A stretch of 64,000 bases of DNA, from assembly GCF_004010195.1 (NCBI RefSeq), contig NC_057757.1, positions 6,650,985 to 6,714,984 on the forward strand, written 5' to 3'. Origin of the DNA: Chiloscyllium plagiosum (Eukaryota). How positions within the stretch are numbered: position 1 is the first letter of the stretch; the number at the start of each line of letters is the position of its first letter. Positions 26,270 through 39,878 of the stretch are shown here, piece after piece. The position numbers and the translations under genes were made by a program. The notes beneath the pieces were generated by a model. The model searched no databases. It had not been told where the DNA came from and saw only the letters and a list, made by a program, of their open reading frames with translations.

Positions 26270-26790
26270 TTGGAACTGTGCAGAATGTTGGTTCGGCCGT
26301 TGATGGAGTACTGTGCGCAGTTCTGGCCAGCAAACTACAGGAACAATGCCATCGTCCTGGAGAAGGTAAAGAGGATATCCACCAGGATGTTGAGTGGGAT
26401 GGAGCATTTCAGAGATGGAGGCTGTGAGGGGGTTGGGGAGCTGACAGAGATGCTTAACACCATGAAGGGGCATGGACAAGGTGAACAGAAAGCAGCTGTC
26501 CCCCTTAGTCAAAGGGTCAATTACAAAGGGGCATAATTTTAAAGTGGAAGGCAGGAGGTTTTGAGGAAATCGATTTTTTCACCCAGAGGGTGGCATGGGT
26601 CTGGAATGCAGTACTTGGGAGTGTAGTTGAGATAGGAAACTTCACAGCTTTTAAAAAGTACATGGATGAGCTCTTGAAGCGTCATAACATTGAAGCCTTT
26701 GTGCAGGGAAGTGGGACTAGTGTAGGTAATAGTGTACTTTTGGGCTGCACAGATTCAATGGGCCAAAAGGCCTCTTCTGTACAATTCAAT
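26270..26790 (+). mobile_element. Old CR1 3' fragment
   Basis: LVRPLMEYCAQFW motif. Confidence 0.75.
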
Positions 26791-27179
26791 TCTTTGGAAC
26801 ACAATGACTTAAAACATTGATATTTTGTTTCTCTCTCCACAGATCCTACCAGACCTACTAGCCTCTGTGCAGTTATTTCAAGCTTTTTTTCTGTCTCTTC
26901 TGTTTAGAGAAGGAGTCCACCACAAGTCATCATCAATTTGAAGGATAACAGGGATAACAGGGAATTTATAAGTGATGGAGTGGCATTATGGTAAAACCAT
27001 TGCACTCGTATTTTGGAGGTCTAGATTAACCCTCTGGGTTCAATCACACCACAGCGGTGGTGGAAACTAAATTCAATTGAATAAAATCTGGAATTCTAAC
27101 GTTAGTCTCAACAATAGTGACCATGACAATCATCATCAATTGACATAAAGATTCACTGACACCTTTATTAGATTTCTTT

Positions 27180-27500
27180 TACATTACATTAGATTACATT
27201 CCCTACAGTATGGAAACAGGCCATCCAGCCCAGCAAGTCCACACCGATCCTCTGAAGATTAACCCACCCTGACCCATTCCCCTACATTTACCCAAACTAT
27301 GGGCAATTTGGCATGGCCAATTTGCCTGGCCTGCAAATTTTTGGATTGTGGGAGGAAACCAGAGCACCCAGAGGAAACCCATGCAGACATGGGGAGAATG
27401 TGCAAATTCCACACAGACAATGGCCCAAGGCAGGAATTGAACCTGGGTCCCTGGCACTGTGAGGCAGCGGTGCTAACCGCTGAGCCACCATGCCGCCCAT
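27180..27500 (-). mobile_element. HE1/V-SINE-like SINE, nested in a second SINE family
   Basis: Reverse complement of the 23246 consensus. Confidence 0.88.
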
Positions 27501-28854
27501 AAGGGAAAGAAATCTAAGAGCGTGCAAAGAGGAGATCTGGTAAGTGACTGGAATGATAATCCATCAGCCCAGGCTAATGCTCCAGGGACACGGGTTCAAT
27601 TCCCACCTAAGGTAGGTGGTGAAACTTACATTTCCAATGAATAAAATCTGAGCTTGAGAAATAGTCTCAGTGGTGGCAACAATGAAATCATTGTTGATTG
27701 ATGTACAAACCCGCCAGGTCTGTAATGCCCTTTGGAAAAAGAGAATATTCTATCCTTACCCAGTCTGGCCTACAGATGACTCCAGTCTCTGAAATGTCTG
27801 ACCAGCCCACTCAGTTCAAACGGCAATTACGACTGGGCTACAAATGCTAGCAACTGTCCAGCAACACCCACAGATTCCACAAAATCATTTTAAAAAAAAG
27901 GCTGGTAGATTCAGTCAGGCTGACACAGGGAATCAAAACATCAGCTCCTTAAAATTAAAGATTGCTCGGAAGGGTTCGTTACAACATCAAACTTTTTCCG
28001 CCAGAACCTTTCACTAGAAACTATGACAGAGGAAATACATGCTGCTTACGTAGTTGTTGCCACGTTGTTAATTGTTGTAAAGGTATAACTTGAAAATGAA
28101 TCACTCAACATTTCTAGCCCAGCAGGTGTACGCTGCGTCTCTTCCAACCCACTCAGCAAACAGAGGGTGACAGGACTTGCTCAGAGGAAGCCACAAGCAG
28201 AGGGACCACCTTGCAGCAGCAGGGACTAGCACAGGTGGAAACACGTGCAGAGGGTAATGCAAGGAGCCGGGACACTGCCTCACGTCGTGAGAAATGGGGT
28301 GTGCAGGGGAAGGCAAGAAACCGAGACTCTTTCAGAACTGGCACTGTGGGGGAGTAAGGTCACCGTCACTGTAAGAAAAGTGATCCCGATCAGACTGTGT
28401 TATTGAAATGCCAACACTACGTTCTCCGCTGAGAGCTAAGTTTTCGTGGACCTGAGACTTATCCGTGAGCAGAAAAACGTTTTCGACCGGAACGCTTTGT
28501 TTCAGCACACGACCAACATTCCTGAAGAAGGGCTTTTGCCTGAAACGTCGACTCTCCTGCTCCTCGGATGCTGCCTGACATGCTGCATTTTTCCAGCACT
28601 GCTCTCTCAACCCTATCGCCCTATCTGTCAATCAACAGCACCCCTGCCCCACTTACATCCCCAAATCAGCTCTCTGTGTTGTTGCAGAAGCTTTCCTGTT
28701 ATTTTGAATCACCTGAGAATGAATTTGCAGCACACCCTTTAAAGCTCAAATCTCAATACAGCCAGATCATGATTAAGCCAACTGCTGAGGGGACCAACTC
28801 AATGCCTGCCCCTAATTAAAAAAAACCTACCTTTCTAAACAATCTGTTCTTCTG

Positions 28855-29140
28855 TTTTTATTCACTCAAGGGATGTGGGCAGCTCTATCTATGACAGCAT
28901 TTACTGCCCATCCTTAACTACCTAGAGGACAGTCAAGTATCATCCACATTGCTGTGGGTCTGGAGTCACCAGACCAGGTAAGGATGGCAGTTTCCTGCCC
29001 TAAAGGATATTAGTGAAACAGATGGGATTTTCCCCAACAATTGACAATGGATTCACGGTCATCATTAGACTCTTAATACCAAGTGATTTTTTTAAAAAAT
29101 TGCATTGATTCTATCATTTGCCGTGGCAGGATTTGAACCA
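28855..29140 (-). mobile_element. Second tRNA-derived SINE family (core ACATTGCTGTGGGTCTGGAGTCAC...CCCTAAAGGA); other copies at about 27560-27890(+), 31225-31430, 40290-40620, 41480-41680, 42665-42920, 47330-47520, 55900-56070, 57275-57610 and 60240-60730(+)
   Basis: Recurrent core with a B-box-like GGTTCAAATCC on the sense strand; family name not assigned. Confidence 0.75.
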
Positions 29141-29660
29141 CAACAGACCACAGTGCAAATTGGACGAACAACACCTCATCTTCCGCCAGGGCAGCCTACA
29201 GCCCGGAGGGACTCAACATTGAGTTCTCCAATTTCGAATAACCTCCCTCTCTATCTCCCAACTCCCTTCCCAGCCCTTACACATCCCTTCCACTGCTCCC
29301 TGCCACCCACCGGATTCATTCCACCCATTGACCAACCAGGTCATGCCCTCTACCTGTCTTCACCTATCCCCGACTTCACCACCTTGCCCCGCCACCCCAG
29401 TCCTGAAGAAGGGTTACACCCGAAACGTCAACTTCTCCACCTCCTGATTCTGTTGAGTGTGTGTTGCTGGAATGATTCCTGATGAAGGGCTCTGGCCCGA
29501 AACGTCGCTTCTCCTGCTCCTCGGATGCTGCCTGATCTGCTGTGCTTTTCCAGCAACACACTCTCAACTCTGATCTCCAGCATCTGCAGACCTCACTGAC
29601 TCCCACCTCCGGATGCTGCCTGGCTTGCTGTGTTCTTCCAGCCTCCCGCCTGTCTATTGT
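29140..29660 (+). mobile_element. PLE 3' end with nested pLTR pieces, two hammerhead cores
   Basis: CTGAAGAAGGGTTACACCCGAAACGTC at about 29403 and CTGATGAAGGGCTCTGGCCCGAAACGTC at about 29479. Confidence 0.82.
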
Positions 29661-29909
29661 GGCAAGATTTGAACCTGGGTTCCCGGGACATTAGCTGAGT
29701 TTCTGGGTTAATACTGTAGGGTAAATGCCACCATGCTATTGTCTCCCATGCAGAGACGTTACTACACATCTTTGGACCATGTGAGACTTGAACCTGGACC
29801 TCCCGGGTCCTGGGGTGGGGACACTGACACTGTTCCAGAAGTTACAAAATTCTGCCATGTAGCAGCATTGTTTTCCCTCATGGATACTGTTAAGGACGTC
29901 ATTGCTCAG

Positions 29910-30810
29910 AACGTTGAGTATAGGAGCTGGGACATCATGTTGAGGTTGTACAGTGTGTTGGTGAGGCCACTTTTGGATTACTGGGTATAGTTCTGGTCAC
30001 GCTGTTACATAAAGGATGTTATTAAATTGGAGAGAGTTCAGAAAGGATTTACCAGGACATTGCCATGTTTGAGTTATAAGGAGATGCCAGAGTTTGACGG
30101 TGACTTTGTAAAGGTTTATAAATTGATGAGGTGCATAGACAAGTGAATAGCCAATGACTTTTCCTTAAGCTGGGGGAGGTCAAAATTAGGGGCATATTTT
30201 TAAGGTGAGAGGAGAAAGATTTAAAAGGGACCACAGGGATAACTTTTTTACACAGAAGGTGGTCTGTGTGTGGAATAAACTGCCAGAGAAAGTGGTAGAT
30301 GCAGGTACAGTTACAACGTTTAAAAGACATTTGGACAGGTACATGAATAGGAAAGAATCATAGAATCACTACAGTGTGGAAGCAGGCTATTCAGCTCATT
30401 GAGTCTGCACTGACCCTCCGAATAACATCCTACCCAGACCCAGCCCCACTACCCTATCCGTTTAACCCTGCATTTCCCATGGCCAATCCACCTAATCTGC
30501 ACACCTTTGGAATGTGGGAGGAAACTGGAGCTCTCAGAGAAAACCCATGCAGATATAGGGAAAACTCTTCACTGCACTCATGCGACAATAAAAGAAATTT
30601 AATGTGCAAATCCCACACAGTCGCTCACGGATGGAATCAAACCTGGCGCTGTGAAGCAGCACTGCTCACTTCTGAGACACCGTGATAGCCCAAGGTTTCG
30701 AGGGATATAAGCCAAATGCAGGCAATCAGGATTGGTTTAGTTTGGAAAACATGGTCGGCATGAACAAGTTGGGCCAAACGGTCCGTTTCCATGTTGTATG
30801 ATCCTACAAG
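29910..30810 (+). mobile_element. CR1 3' fragment interrupted by a minus-strand HE1-like SINE (about 30358-30690)
   Basis: LVRPLLDYWV motif; SINE core. Confidence 0.8.
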
Positions 30811-30962
30811 TATGTTTCCACAGGGCCCTCAGTGACAGGAACAGGACACGGTTTCCAGGCAGATTTGCAAGAGCTAGGCTTCTGTGTGTCTCGCTCACAT
30901 TATTACATCTCACTCTGGGGTGCTGTACCTAAGTCGCAACAAGTAACTGCTACACAGCTCAC

Positions 30963-31106
30963 CTCTCTGATTGCTCCCACTGCTGTCTCTCTTCAAGATG
31001 GGGCCTCTAAACTGCTTGGAGTGGATCAATAAGGCCTTCCTCCGTAGAGGAACTGGAGATTCCTGTTTGCTTGATGTCCTCTGATCAGTAGCGAGGTGAA
31101 CGCCAC
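30963..31106 (-). CDS. ZCWPW1: ZCWPW1 probable exon: (G)GVHLATDQRTSSKQESPVPLRRKALLIHSKQFRGPILKRDSSGSNQR
   Basis: Acceptor ttttgcaacacag, donor gtgagc; 144 nt, phase 1 to 1; KQFRGP resembles human KKFKAP (recalled). Confidence 0.68.
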
Positions 31107-31439
31107 CTGTGTTGCAAAACGATAAGTGACTGGTCGGCGTGCTGGGAGCTTTCAATAACGGGTAATTCATCAAATATACTGCATAAGTATTTTCTCTCCA
31201 GCGTCTCCCATTTTTCAAAAGCATTGATTCACAGGACATGGACTAGGCCAGCACTTACTGCCCACCCCTAATTGTCAGAGGGCAATTAGAAGTCAATCTC
31301 ATTGCTATGGGTCTGGAGTCCCATGTACGCCAGACCAGTTAAGAACAGCAGATTTGTCTCCTTAAAGGATGTCAGTGAACCAGGTGGATTTTTCCTCGAC
31401 CATTCTTCATTAAATTCAATGTGGTTGACTTTTTAACTT

Positions 31440-31964
31440 TGTAATGTTGTGGCTGTACAGGACATTGGTGAGGTCACATATGGAATATTGCATTCAATTC
31501 TGGTCAATTCTGGTCTGCTATAGGAAAGTTGTCGTGAAACCTGAAAGGGTGCAGAAAAGATTTACAAGGATATTGCTGGGTTTGGAGGGTTTGAGCTACA
31601 GGGAGAGGCAGAAAAGGCTGGGGTATTTTTCACTGGAGCGTCAGAGGCTGAGGGGTGACCTTACAGAGGTTTATAAAATCATGAGGGGCATGTTTTTTTT
31701 CTTGGGTGGGGGAGTTCAAGATGAGAGGGCCTGGCTTTCAGGTGAGAGGGAAAAGATTTGAAAAGAAGCTGAGGGGTAACTTTTTCACACAGAGGGTGGT
31801 GCATGTACAGAACAAGCTGCCAGAGGAAGTGGTGGAAGCTGGTACAATTGCGGCATGTAAAAGGGATTTGGATGGGTGTATGAATAGGAAGGGTTTCGAG
31901 GGATTTGGGCCGAATGCTGGCAAATGGGAGTAGGTCAAATTGGGATGTTTGGTGGTGGATGAGT
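31440..31964 (+). mobile_element. CR1 3' fragment, followed by an N gap and (TG)n
   Basis: SLERQRLRGDLTEVYKIMRG motif. Confidence 0.85.
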
Positions 31965-32233
31965 NNNNNNNNNNNNNNNNNNNNNNNNNNNNNNNNNNNN
32001 NNNNNNNNNNNNNNNNNNNNNNNNNNNNNNNNNNGTGTGTGTGCGCGCGTGTCTGTGTGAGTGTGAGTCTGTGTGTGTGTGCGTGCATGTGTGTCTGTGT
32101 CTGTGTGAGTGTGTCTGTTTCCTGATTTGACATGTCTCTACATTTTCTAACTTTGATTGTGCTCCACACTAAGCATATTGGCCCTTCACCTAGGTTTTCC
32201 CATATACTGTAAATATATCGATATAAATTATAC

Positions 32234-32297
32234 CGTTCTTCCCTTTTCCCTTTCTGACTGTTAGCTGATGGTTTTCAGGCTCCTTCTCTGCACAGTC
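32234..32297 (-). CDS. ZCWPW1: ZCWPW1 probable exon: DCAEKEPENHQLTVRKGKGKN
   Basis: Acceptor tgtttgtttccag, donor gtataa; 64 nt, phase 0 to 1; the only open frame is the compatible one. Confidence 0.62.
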
Positions 32298-32979
32298 CTG
32301 GAAACAAACACATTTTGAAAATAAATAAAAGTTGAAATTTAAAGCCATAAAATGGCATGCATTTCTTATACATTAATGTTGTCACACCTCTCATTAATTT
32401 AGCTTTAATTATATATGAAGGAACGAGTACAGCCAGGCGAAGCACAATTGGAAATCATCAAACGAATTCCCACAGGTTCCCATAATTAAAAATCCCCACA
32501 TGCTACTCTGGATAATCTATTTACTGGCTTATCCCTTGGGTAGCTAAGCTGCACAGAAAAGGAATATCCCAGAGCTGATATGAATTTCATGTTGCATTAG
32601 ATGGCTTTGGGATAGCAGGGGAAAGAGTACGGGGAAAATGAGTCAGGATTCCTACTTCTGATCGCGATGTTTAGCAACCTCTATATGAATTAGATCTGAG
32701 TTTATTGTCATGTGTACTCAAATTACAAAAGAACAGGAGTACAGTGAAAAGTGTACAATGTCACCAACACACAGGTATAAAGTACTCAGGTACAAATCTT
32801 ACATACAAGAAAATGGAGAAAATAAAGAAATAAATTCCACTACAATCCTTGGATAAGCACATGGATGATGATGGGATAGTGTAGGGGGACGAGCTGAGAA
32901 TAGTTCACAGGTCAGCGCAACATCGAGGGTCAAAGGGCCTGTTCTGCGCTGTATTGTCTTATGTTCTATGTTCTACATT

Positions 32980-33450
32980 GGAGATGTAACAGTCAAAAAG
33001 GCACAACAATGCCTCTTCTTTCTCAAGCGGCTTAGGAAATTTAGCATGTCCATAAGGACCCTCACCAAATTTTACAGACGCACCATAGAAATACTGTCCG
33101 GGTTATTAACAGCCTCGTACGGCAACTGCTCTGTCCAGGATTGTAGAAACTGCAGCCCAGATCATCATGAAAGTCAACCATCCATCCATGGACTCCATTT
33201 ACACTTCTCATTGCCACGGAAAGGCTGCTAACATCACCAAAGACCCCTCCCACTGTGGTAATGTTCCCCTACAACCTCTTCTCACACACACACACACAAA
33301 CAGTTTCAAGAACAGCTTCTTCCCTGCCATTATTTTACTGATGAATGGACCTCTCAAATAATGTTGATCCTGCTTCTTGCACCTCCTGCACAGCTGTAAG
33401 CTGTACACCTCACTCTGTCCCAGCACCCAGTGATCTGTATGCCCTCGCTT
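32980..33450 (+). mobile_element. Rex1/Babar-like LINE 3' fragment
   Basis: KKAQQCLFFLKRLRKF and FKNSFFPAIILLMN motifs. Confidence 0.75.
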
Positions 33451-33699
33451 ACAGATAAGTGTGCATCCAGTGAAGTTTTGGGGTGCTGTACCACTTGCTA
33501 TTTATGTGTTCCTGTTTGCTGAGGTGGGTCTTAAGAACTTCAAACACTACTTGACATCTTTGGTTGTATCTACTCTGTTCAGGTTCAGGCTCATTTGGCA
33601 ATCCCTCTCAGCAGTTACACTAGACTCTGATTGCGGTCTGTGATGGTGTCTTCCACGGATTCCCCACATCTGTAGACTTGCAGATTGTTTTAAAAAATA

Positions 33700-33980
33700 G
33701 AACAACTACAGCGTGGAAGCAAGCCACACCCACTCAGTTCCACCCCATCCCTGTAACCCTTGCATTTCCCATGGCTAACCCACCTAGCCTGCACATCCCT
33801 CGACACTATGGGCAATTTAGCCTGGACAATTCACCTGCGGGAGCACTCAGAGGAAACCTACGCGGACACGGGGAGAGTGTGCAAATTCCACGGAGTCGGT
33901 TGCCCAAGGTTGGGAATTGAAACCAGGTCCCCGATGCTGCAAGGCAATAGTGCTAACCACTAAGCCACCTTGCTGCCCAT
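33700..33980 (-). mobile_element. HE1-like SINE, degenerate
   Basis: Core similarity to the other copies. Confidence 0.75.
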
Positions 33981-35239
33981 TCCAGGAGGTTCATTGAATA
34001 CATCACGCTGTCTACATTGCTACTATTCTGCAGCAGTGGAAATGCTGAACAGCATTTGCAACCATCTGTATCCCCCAAATGGAATCCAGAATGTAGATAG
34101 TGCTGCTTTCATCCATCTTCAGTTGCCACAATCCATCCTCTATGGCCAAGGGTGGTATAGACCTTGGACTTAGCAAGTTGTGGCTAAACGTCTTCTACGG
34201 GATAATGAGACATCTTCAAATCTTTATTCCGACCTTTGGATCTATGCGCACTCCCAGTTCTCCTGGTTATTTCAATCCCTCTAATCCTGTCAACTTCCCT
34301 CAGCTGATGCTGTATCTACTTTGAGACGATGCTCACAGGATGACATCCAAATCCTTTATTGGGAGGCTGGAAGAACACAGCAGGTCAGGCAGCATCAGGA
34401 GGTGGAGAAGTCAACGGTTTCAGGTGTAACCCTTCTTCAGGACTTCTAAAACCTTGACAGACATCTTTGTAACCTTTTAGGATGATCCACGGTCAACGGT
34501 TCAGTGGCCCTTGAAGAGCCGCGATCTCGCCTGGCAGATTGAGGGTTACTTCTGAAATGTTTGAGCTGTGATGAGTAGATTTTGCTTAACGTCCGCCATC
34601 CGGAATTCCAGATCACCATTCTTCCCATTGCATCGGACTCGCAGCTTCATTTTGTCCTCTTGGAAAATAGGGCGCCACACTTCGCTGTGGTTCAGTGGAT
34701 AATTGCGAGGAGCTGCCTTCAGTCAGGGAACTCGAGATGGCGCAGAATTTAATTTTATCAATACAAACAAATACAAACTCTGATGTTGGAGGCAGATTAC
34801 ATTTGCATCTTTCTTCCTGTGCAGCTTTTAATTACCTTGTTGCATAAGTGCTGAGCCATGCTGGGGTACAATTCCACAAGCACTGGATGCTCTCCAATAC
34901 CAAATGCATATAAACTGAAAGAATAACTATGGAGTGGAAGCAGGCCAATCGGCCCATTGAGTCCAGGCCAACCTTCCAAAGAGCATCCCATCCCATGAGC
35001 TGGTAGAATTTTACACAGGTCTGCCCATTAATGGACAGCTTACATATCCTGTTGCCCTCCCATCTTGGGGAGTTGCACCGTGCCCTTTAATTGGCCGCAT
35101 GGACACTGTGCCAGGTTTCTGCACACATTTGATGCATAATAATTCTGCAAGATTATTTAAATAAATACCTAATATTTATACAGCACCCTCTCCCATTGTC
35201 AAAGTGACTCAAAGACCTTCAGACAATGAAGTACCTTTG

Positions 35240-36100
35240 GATTGGATTGTTCCATCTCCCTCAGTGAGTTAATGAGTTTTGAAAGGTTACGAGGTTTCCT
35301 GCCTCAATTACCCATTCCAGATTCCCACCAGCTTCTGGGTGAACTCTCTTTCCTCAAATCCTGTCTAAGCTTCCTGCCTTTAATGTTAAAATTATGCTCA
35401 CTTGTTTCTTGACCTTTCAACTATAGGGAACTGCTGCTTCCCATTCCCCCTGTTCATGCCCCTCATGCTCTTCTACACCTCAATCCAGTCCCGTCTCAGC
35501 CGCTTCTGCCCTAAAGAAACAACCCAAGCTTATCAGCATCTCTTCGCAGCTAAAGCTGCCCCAGCCCAGGCAACATCCTCTGCACCCCCTCCAGTGCAAT
35601 CCCATCCTTCCTATTGTGTGGGGACCAGAACTGACAATAGACAATAGGTGCAGGAGTAGGCCATTCAGCCCTTCGAGCCTGCACCGCCATTCAACATGAT
35701 CATGGCTGATCATTCCTAATCAGTATCCTGTTCCTGCCTTATCTCCATAACCCTTGATTCCACTATCTTTGAGAGCTCTATCCAACTCTTTCTTAAATGA
35801 ATCCAGAGACTGCACATAGTACCCTAGCTGTGGCCTAACCAAAGTTCCGTACAGTTCCAACATATTCTCCCTGCTTGTTTAATCTACGCCACTATGTGGT
35901 ATGTGTGCCACTTGGATCTTAGAATGTAAGAACATAAGGAATAGGAGCAGGAGTAGGCCATCTGGCTCATCAAGCCTGCTCTGCCATTCAATAAGATCAT
36001 GGCTGATCTTCTTGTGGACTCAGCTCCACTTACCCTACTCCCACCGTAACCCTTAACTGCTTTACTATTCAAAAATCTATCTATCTTTCTATCTTAACTC
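35240..36100 (-). mobile_element. Nested CR1 3' fragments
   Basis: GGAGTAGGCCATT/CTGG...CCATTCAA CR1 tail motifs repeated. Confidence 0.7.
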
Positions 36101-36369
36101 CCATTCCAATCCCTCAGCCGGAAGGAGTTAAAAACACCCACTCACATTTATATCAGCGTAAACAGTAGGACCCTCCTCCCTTAAAAGTACATGAAAATTA
36201 ACATATCAGTTATTTATTAAAAGCATCAGTATGCATTTCACAAGCCTAAATCCTTGCCTAGATTGCAAATTGTAAGTGATTGCTGGGTATTAATTACATC
36301 ACATATAAGCCAGCTGAATCAACTATTTTGTACATAATCCATCCTAACTCCTTGATTAAATTGCAGTAT

Positions 36370-36577
36370 AAAAATATCAAAAGAACTGTGGAAGCTGGAA
36401 ATCAGAAACAAAAACGGATATCGCTAGAAAAGCTCAGCAGGTCTGGCAGCATCTGCAGAGCGAAAGCAGAGTTAGCCTTTTGAGTTCAGAGATCCTTCCT
36501 CAGAATGCAGTTGACTCTGATTTCTCTCCACAGATGCTGCTAGACCTGCTGTGCTTTTCCAGCCACTTCTGTTATTG
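36370..36577. mobile_element. Fold-back PLE-derived mini-insertion, older
   Basis: Inverted arms; flanked by TTAAATTGCAGTAT / TTAAATTACAGTAT. Confidence 0.7.
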
Positions 36578-37104
36578 TTAAATTACAGTATGTTGCTCAT
36601 TTTCAGATATCCAATATTATTTAATCTTCAATCCATCGATGCCTCTATGAAATAAGACTTTACCCCATCCCCTCAACACTGTCCTCGTCATTTCTGGTCA
36701 TCAGTATATGTCTAATGCAAGAATTATTGAAACAGCAGCAGAGTTACGACAAAAGCGGTGCTCCATCGAAGAACAGTCCTTGGGTTCACCTCCACTGCCT
36801 CCAATTGATTGGGTTCACACACCCACCCATTCCTCCAGGTTCGTGCATGAATGGAAAAGCCTTAAAACCTTTCTCTTCGATTCACTTGTGGGACATGGGT
36901 GTTACTGACTGAGTCAGCACTTATTGCCTGTCTCTAGTTGACCTTGAAAAGATAGCGGTGAACTGCCCTCTTGTCCATGTGCTGCAGGTTGAACCTAATG
37001 TTCTTCCTCCCGCTGAAGGTGCTGATTCTTGTCAGGGTACAGATTGAGAGGTCCCACCAGCCTACACCAAAATAGCTGCCTGTGCTGTTTTCAAGTGTGG
37101 ATAT

Positions 37105-37380
37105 TACATTACTTACAGTGTGGAAACAGGCCCTTCGGACTAACAGGTCCACACTGACCCATTCCCCTACACCTGACACTACAGGCAATTTAGTATGGCC
37201 AATTCACCTAACCTGCACATCTTTAGACTGTGGGAGGAAACCGGAGCACCCGGAGGACACCCACACAGACACAGGGAGAATGTGCAAACTCCACACAGAC
37301 AGTTGCCTGAGGTGGGAATTGAACCCAGATCTCTGGCGCTGTGAGGCAGCAGTGCTAACCACTGTGCCACCGTGCCACCA
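37105..37380 (-). mobile_element. HE1/V-SINE-like SINE
   Basis: Head, core and tail recognisable. Confidence 0.88.
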
Positions 37381-38114
37381 ATTAACTGGTGTTGCTCTCC
37401 TTTGTCTCCAGGATGAACTATTCCATTGGACCCTGACTTAGCTTCCCACCTACCATCCTCCGTCAATATCAACTAAAACTCTTTTGTCCTGTGCGCCACA
37501 TCCCTGTGCACCTATCCCCACTGTGCTTGCTGACCTGCCCTGATTTCTGATCTGGTAATGCCTTGATACTTGAACATTTCATCTTTCTGTTCAGACTCCC
37601 CATGCACTTGCGTCCTCTCTATTTCTGTCATCTTTTCCAGCCCTGCAAAGCTCTGAGATTTCCCCAACTCCTCCAACTCTTGGAGTTTCTGATTTCCTTT
37701 GCTTCACACCCGTTACCGGCCACACCTTCAGCTGTCTAAAACCCAAGCTCTGGAACTCCGTCCATTAACCTCTCTGCCTCTGCATCTCTCGTTCTTTCCT
37801 TCTTTATGATCCTCCCCTAACATCTGCAACATTGGGCAAGCTCTTGGTCATCTGTCTTGATGTCCCTCTTTGCGTCCTGAGGTCAAGGTGTGATTCATGC
37901 TACTGTTGTGAAGGACATCTTCCTAGGTGAGAGGTGCTACAAAAATGCAATTAGTTGTTGTATTCACTCAAGTGGAACCTTGCAATCACACCTGATATGC
38001 ACTTTCCAGCAAAGATCATTGCAGTATGATAAAATAATTAAAATTCTATATCTTTTCTTCCTCCCAGCCCAAACATGCAGAAAGCTCTTACAGTCACTTC
38101 ACCTTAGATCAAAT

Positions 38115-38495
38115 AAGGGGTGACCTTGTAGAGGTTTATAAAATCATGAGGGGCATGGATAGGATAAATAGACAAAGTCTTTTCCCTGGGGTTGGGGAGT
38201 CCGGAACTAGAGGGCGTAGGGTTAGGGTGAGAGGGGAAAGATATAAAAGAGACCTAAGGGGCAACGTTTTCACACAGAGGGTGGTATGGGTATGGAATGA
38301 GCTGCCAGAGGATGTGGTGGAGGCTGGTACAGTTACAACATTTAAAAGGCATCTGGATGGGTATATGAATAGGAAGGGTTTGGAGGGATATGGGCCAGGT
38401 GCTGGCAGGTGGGACTAGATTGGGTTGGGATATCTGGTTGGCATGGACGAGTTGGACTGAAGGCTCTGTTCCCGTGCTGTACATCGCTATGACTT
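38115..38495 (+). mobile_element. CR1 3' fragment; a very similar copy lies at about 39340-39775
   Basis: FTQRVVWVWNELPEDVVEAGT motif. Confidence 0.88.
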
Positions 38496-38540
38496 TATAA
38501 CTTGGGGACTGCTTGGGCTGAACACTTTACTGAGACCCAC

Positions 38541-38605
38541 CTTGCTCCTCGTCTCTTTGTTCCTGGATGCTGGTCTTTTTGCATCCTTCACAATGCAGGG
38601 ATCCT
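38541..38605 (-). CDS. ZCWPW1: ZCWPW1 probable exon: (E)DPCIVKDAKRPASRNKETRSK
   Basis: Strong pyrimidine acceptor tttttgttccacag, donor gtgggt; 65 nt, phase 1 to 0, exactly bridges its neighbours; low-complexity sequence so homology is weak. Confidence 0.65.
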
Positions 38606-39878
38606 CTGTGGAACAAAAATAATAACTTCAAAGCTTTCAGAACAGGCAGTTGTACACAACAGACACTTCGGAGGGCGCAACAGCCGCTGGTATCACAGCG
38701 GTACGCTCAAGAAAAGACCTGAGGATCAATCTCCAGCTGGGCTTCAGCTGAGAAGAATAAGGGCAGATCTCAATGAAACTCATAAAATTCCAGCAGGAAA
38801 CGTGGTCGGCATAGACACATTGGGGCGAAGGGTCTGTTTCCAACAGGGTAGATGCCGCAAGGATGTTCCCAAAGACAGGAAGAGTTCAGAACCAGGGTTA
38901 AACCATTTAGGACTGAGATGAGTAGAAATTTCTTCACCCCTGGAGAGTGGTGAGCCTGTGGAATTTGTGGTCACAGAAAGCAGTCAAGGCCAAATCATTG
39001 AAGGAGTTAGACATCGCACTTGGGGCTAAATGGATCAAAGGATATGGGGAGGAAATGCTTTTACAGAGTTGGATGATCAGCCAAGAATGGCACAGCAGGC
39101 TCGAATAGCCAAATGACCTACTCCTTCTTCTACTTTCTATGTTTCTACATTTCCAGTGTTAGATGCACCTCCATCACTGCACCCCAAACCAGGTGCCAGC
39201 AGAGTTATGCCCCATTGTCTCTGCCATATTTTGATTTTCTCCCCGCTGTCAATAACATTCTGAGGCCTATGTGAATGTTATTGCAATTGACATCACAATT
39301 GTGTATTATTAAACAGAGTTGCAGGGTTGGATGTTTTGAGCTAGAGAGAACGGCTGAACAGGCTGGGGCTGTTTTTCCCTGGAGCATCGGAGACTGAAGG
39401 GTGACCTTATAGAGGTTTATAAAATCATGAGGGGCATGGATAGGATAAATAGGCAAGGTCTTTTCCCAGGGCTGGGGGAGTCCAGAACTAGAGGGCATAG
39501 GTTTAGGGTGAGAGGGGAAAGATGTAAAAAAGACCTAAGGGGCAACTTTTTCACATAGAGGGTGGTACGTGTATGGAATGAGCTGCCAGAGGAGGTGGTG
39601 GAGGCTGGTACAATTACAGCATTTAAAAGGCATCTGGATAGGTATATGAATCGAAAGGGTTTGAAGGGATATGGACCAAGTGCTGGTAAGTGGGACTAGA
39701 TTAGGTTGGGATATCTGGTCAGCATGGACAAGTCAGACTGAAGGGTCTGTTTGCATGCTGTACATCTCTATGATTCTAACTGGTTTTGTAAAGAACTCAG
39801 AGAAAATATCACCTTCTAGTTGTTCTAAAGCATTGGAGAAATTACAAACCAGTCCAATAAGATACAGAAATTAATTAC

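Noticed and set aside
28657..28712. Minus-strand segment with good splice sites (VIQNNRKASATTQRADLG)
   Set aside because: Open only as phase 0 to 2, incompatible with the phase-1 flanking exons; at most a poison exon
34446..34660. Unique-looking minus-strand ORF between ZCWPW1 exons
   Set aside because: No splice-site pair gives a convincing in-frame exon and I recognise no homology
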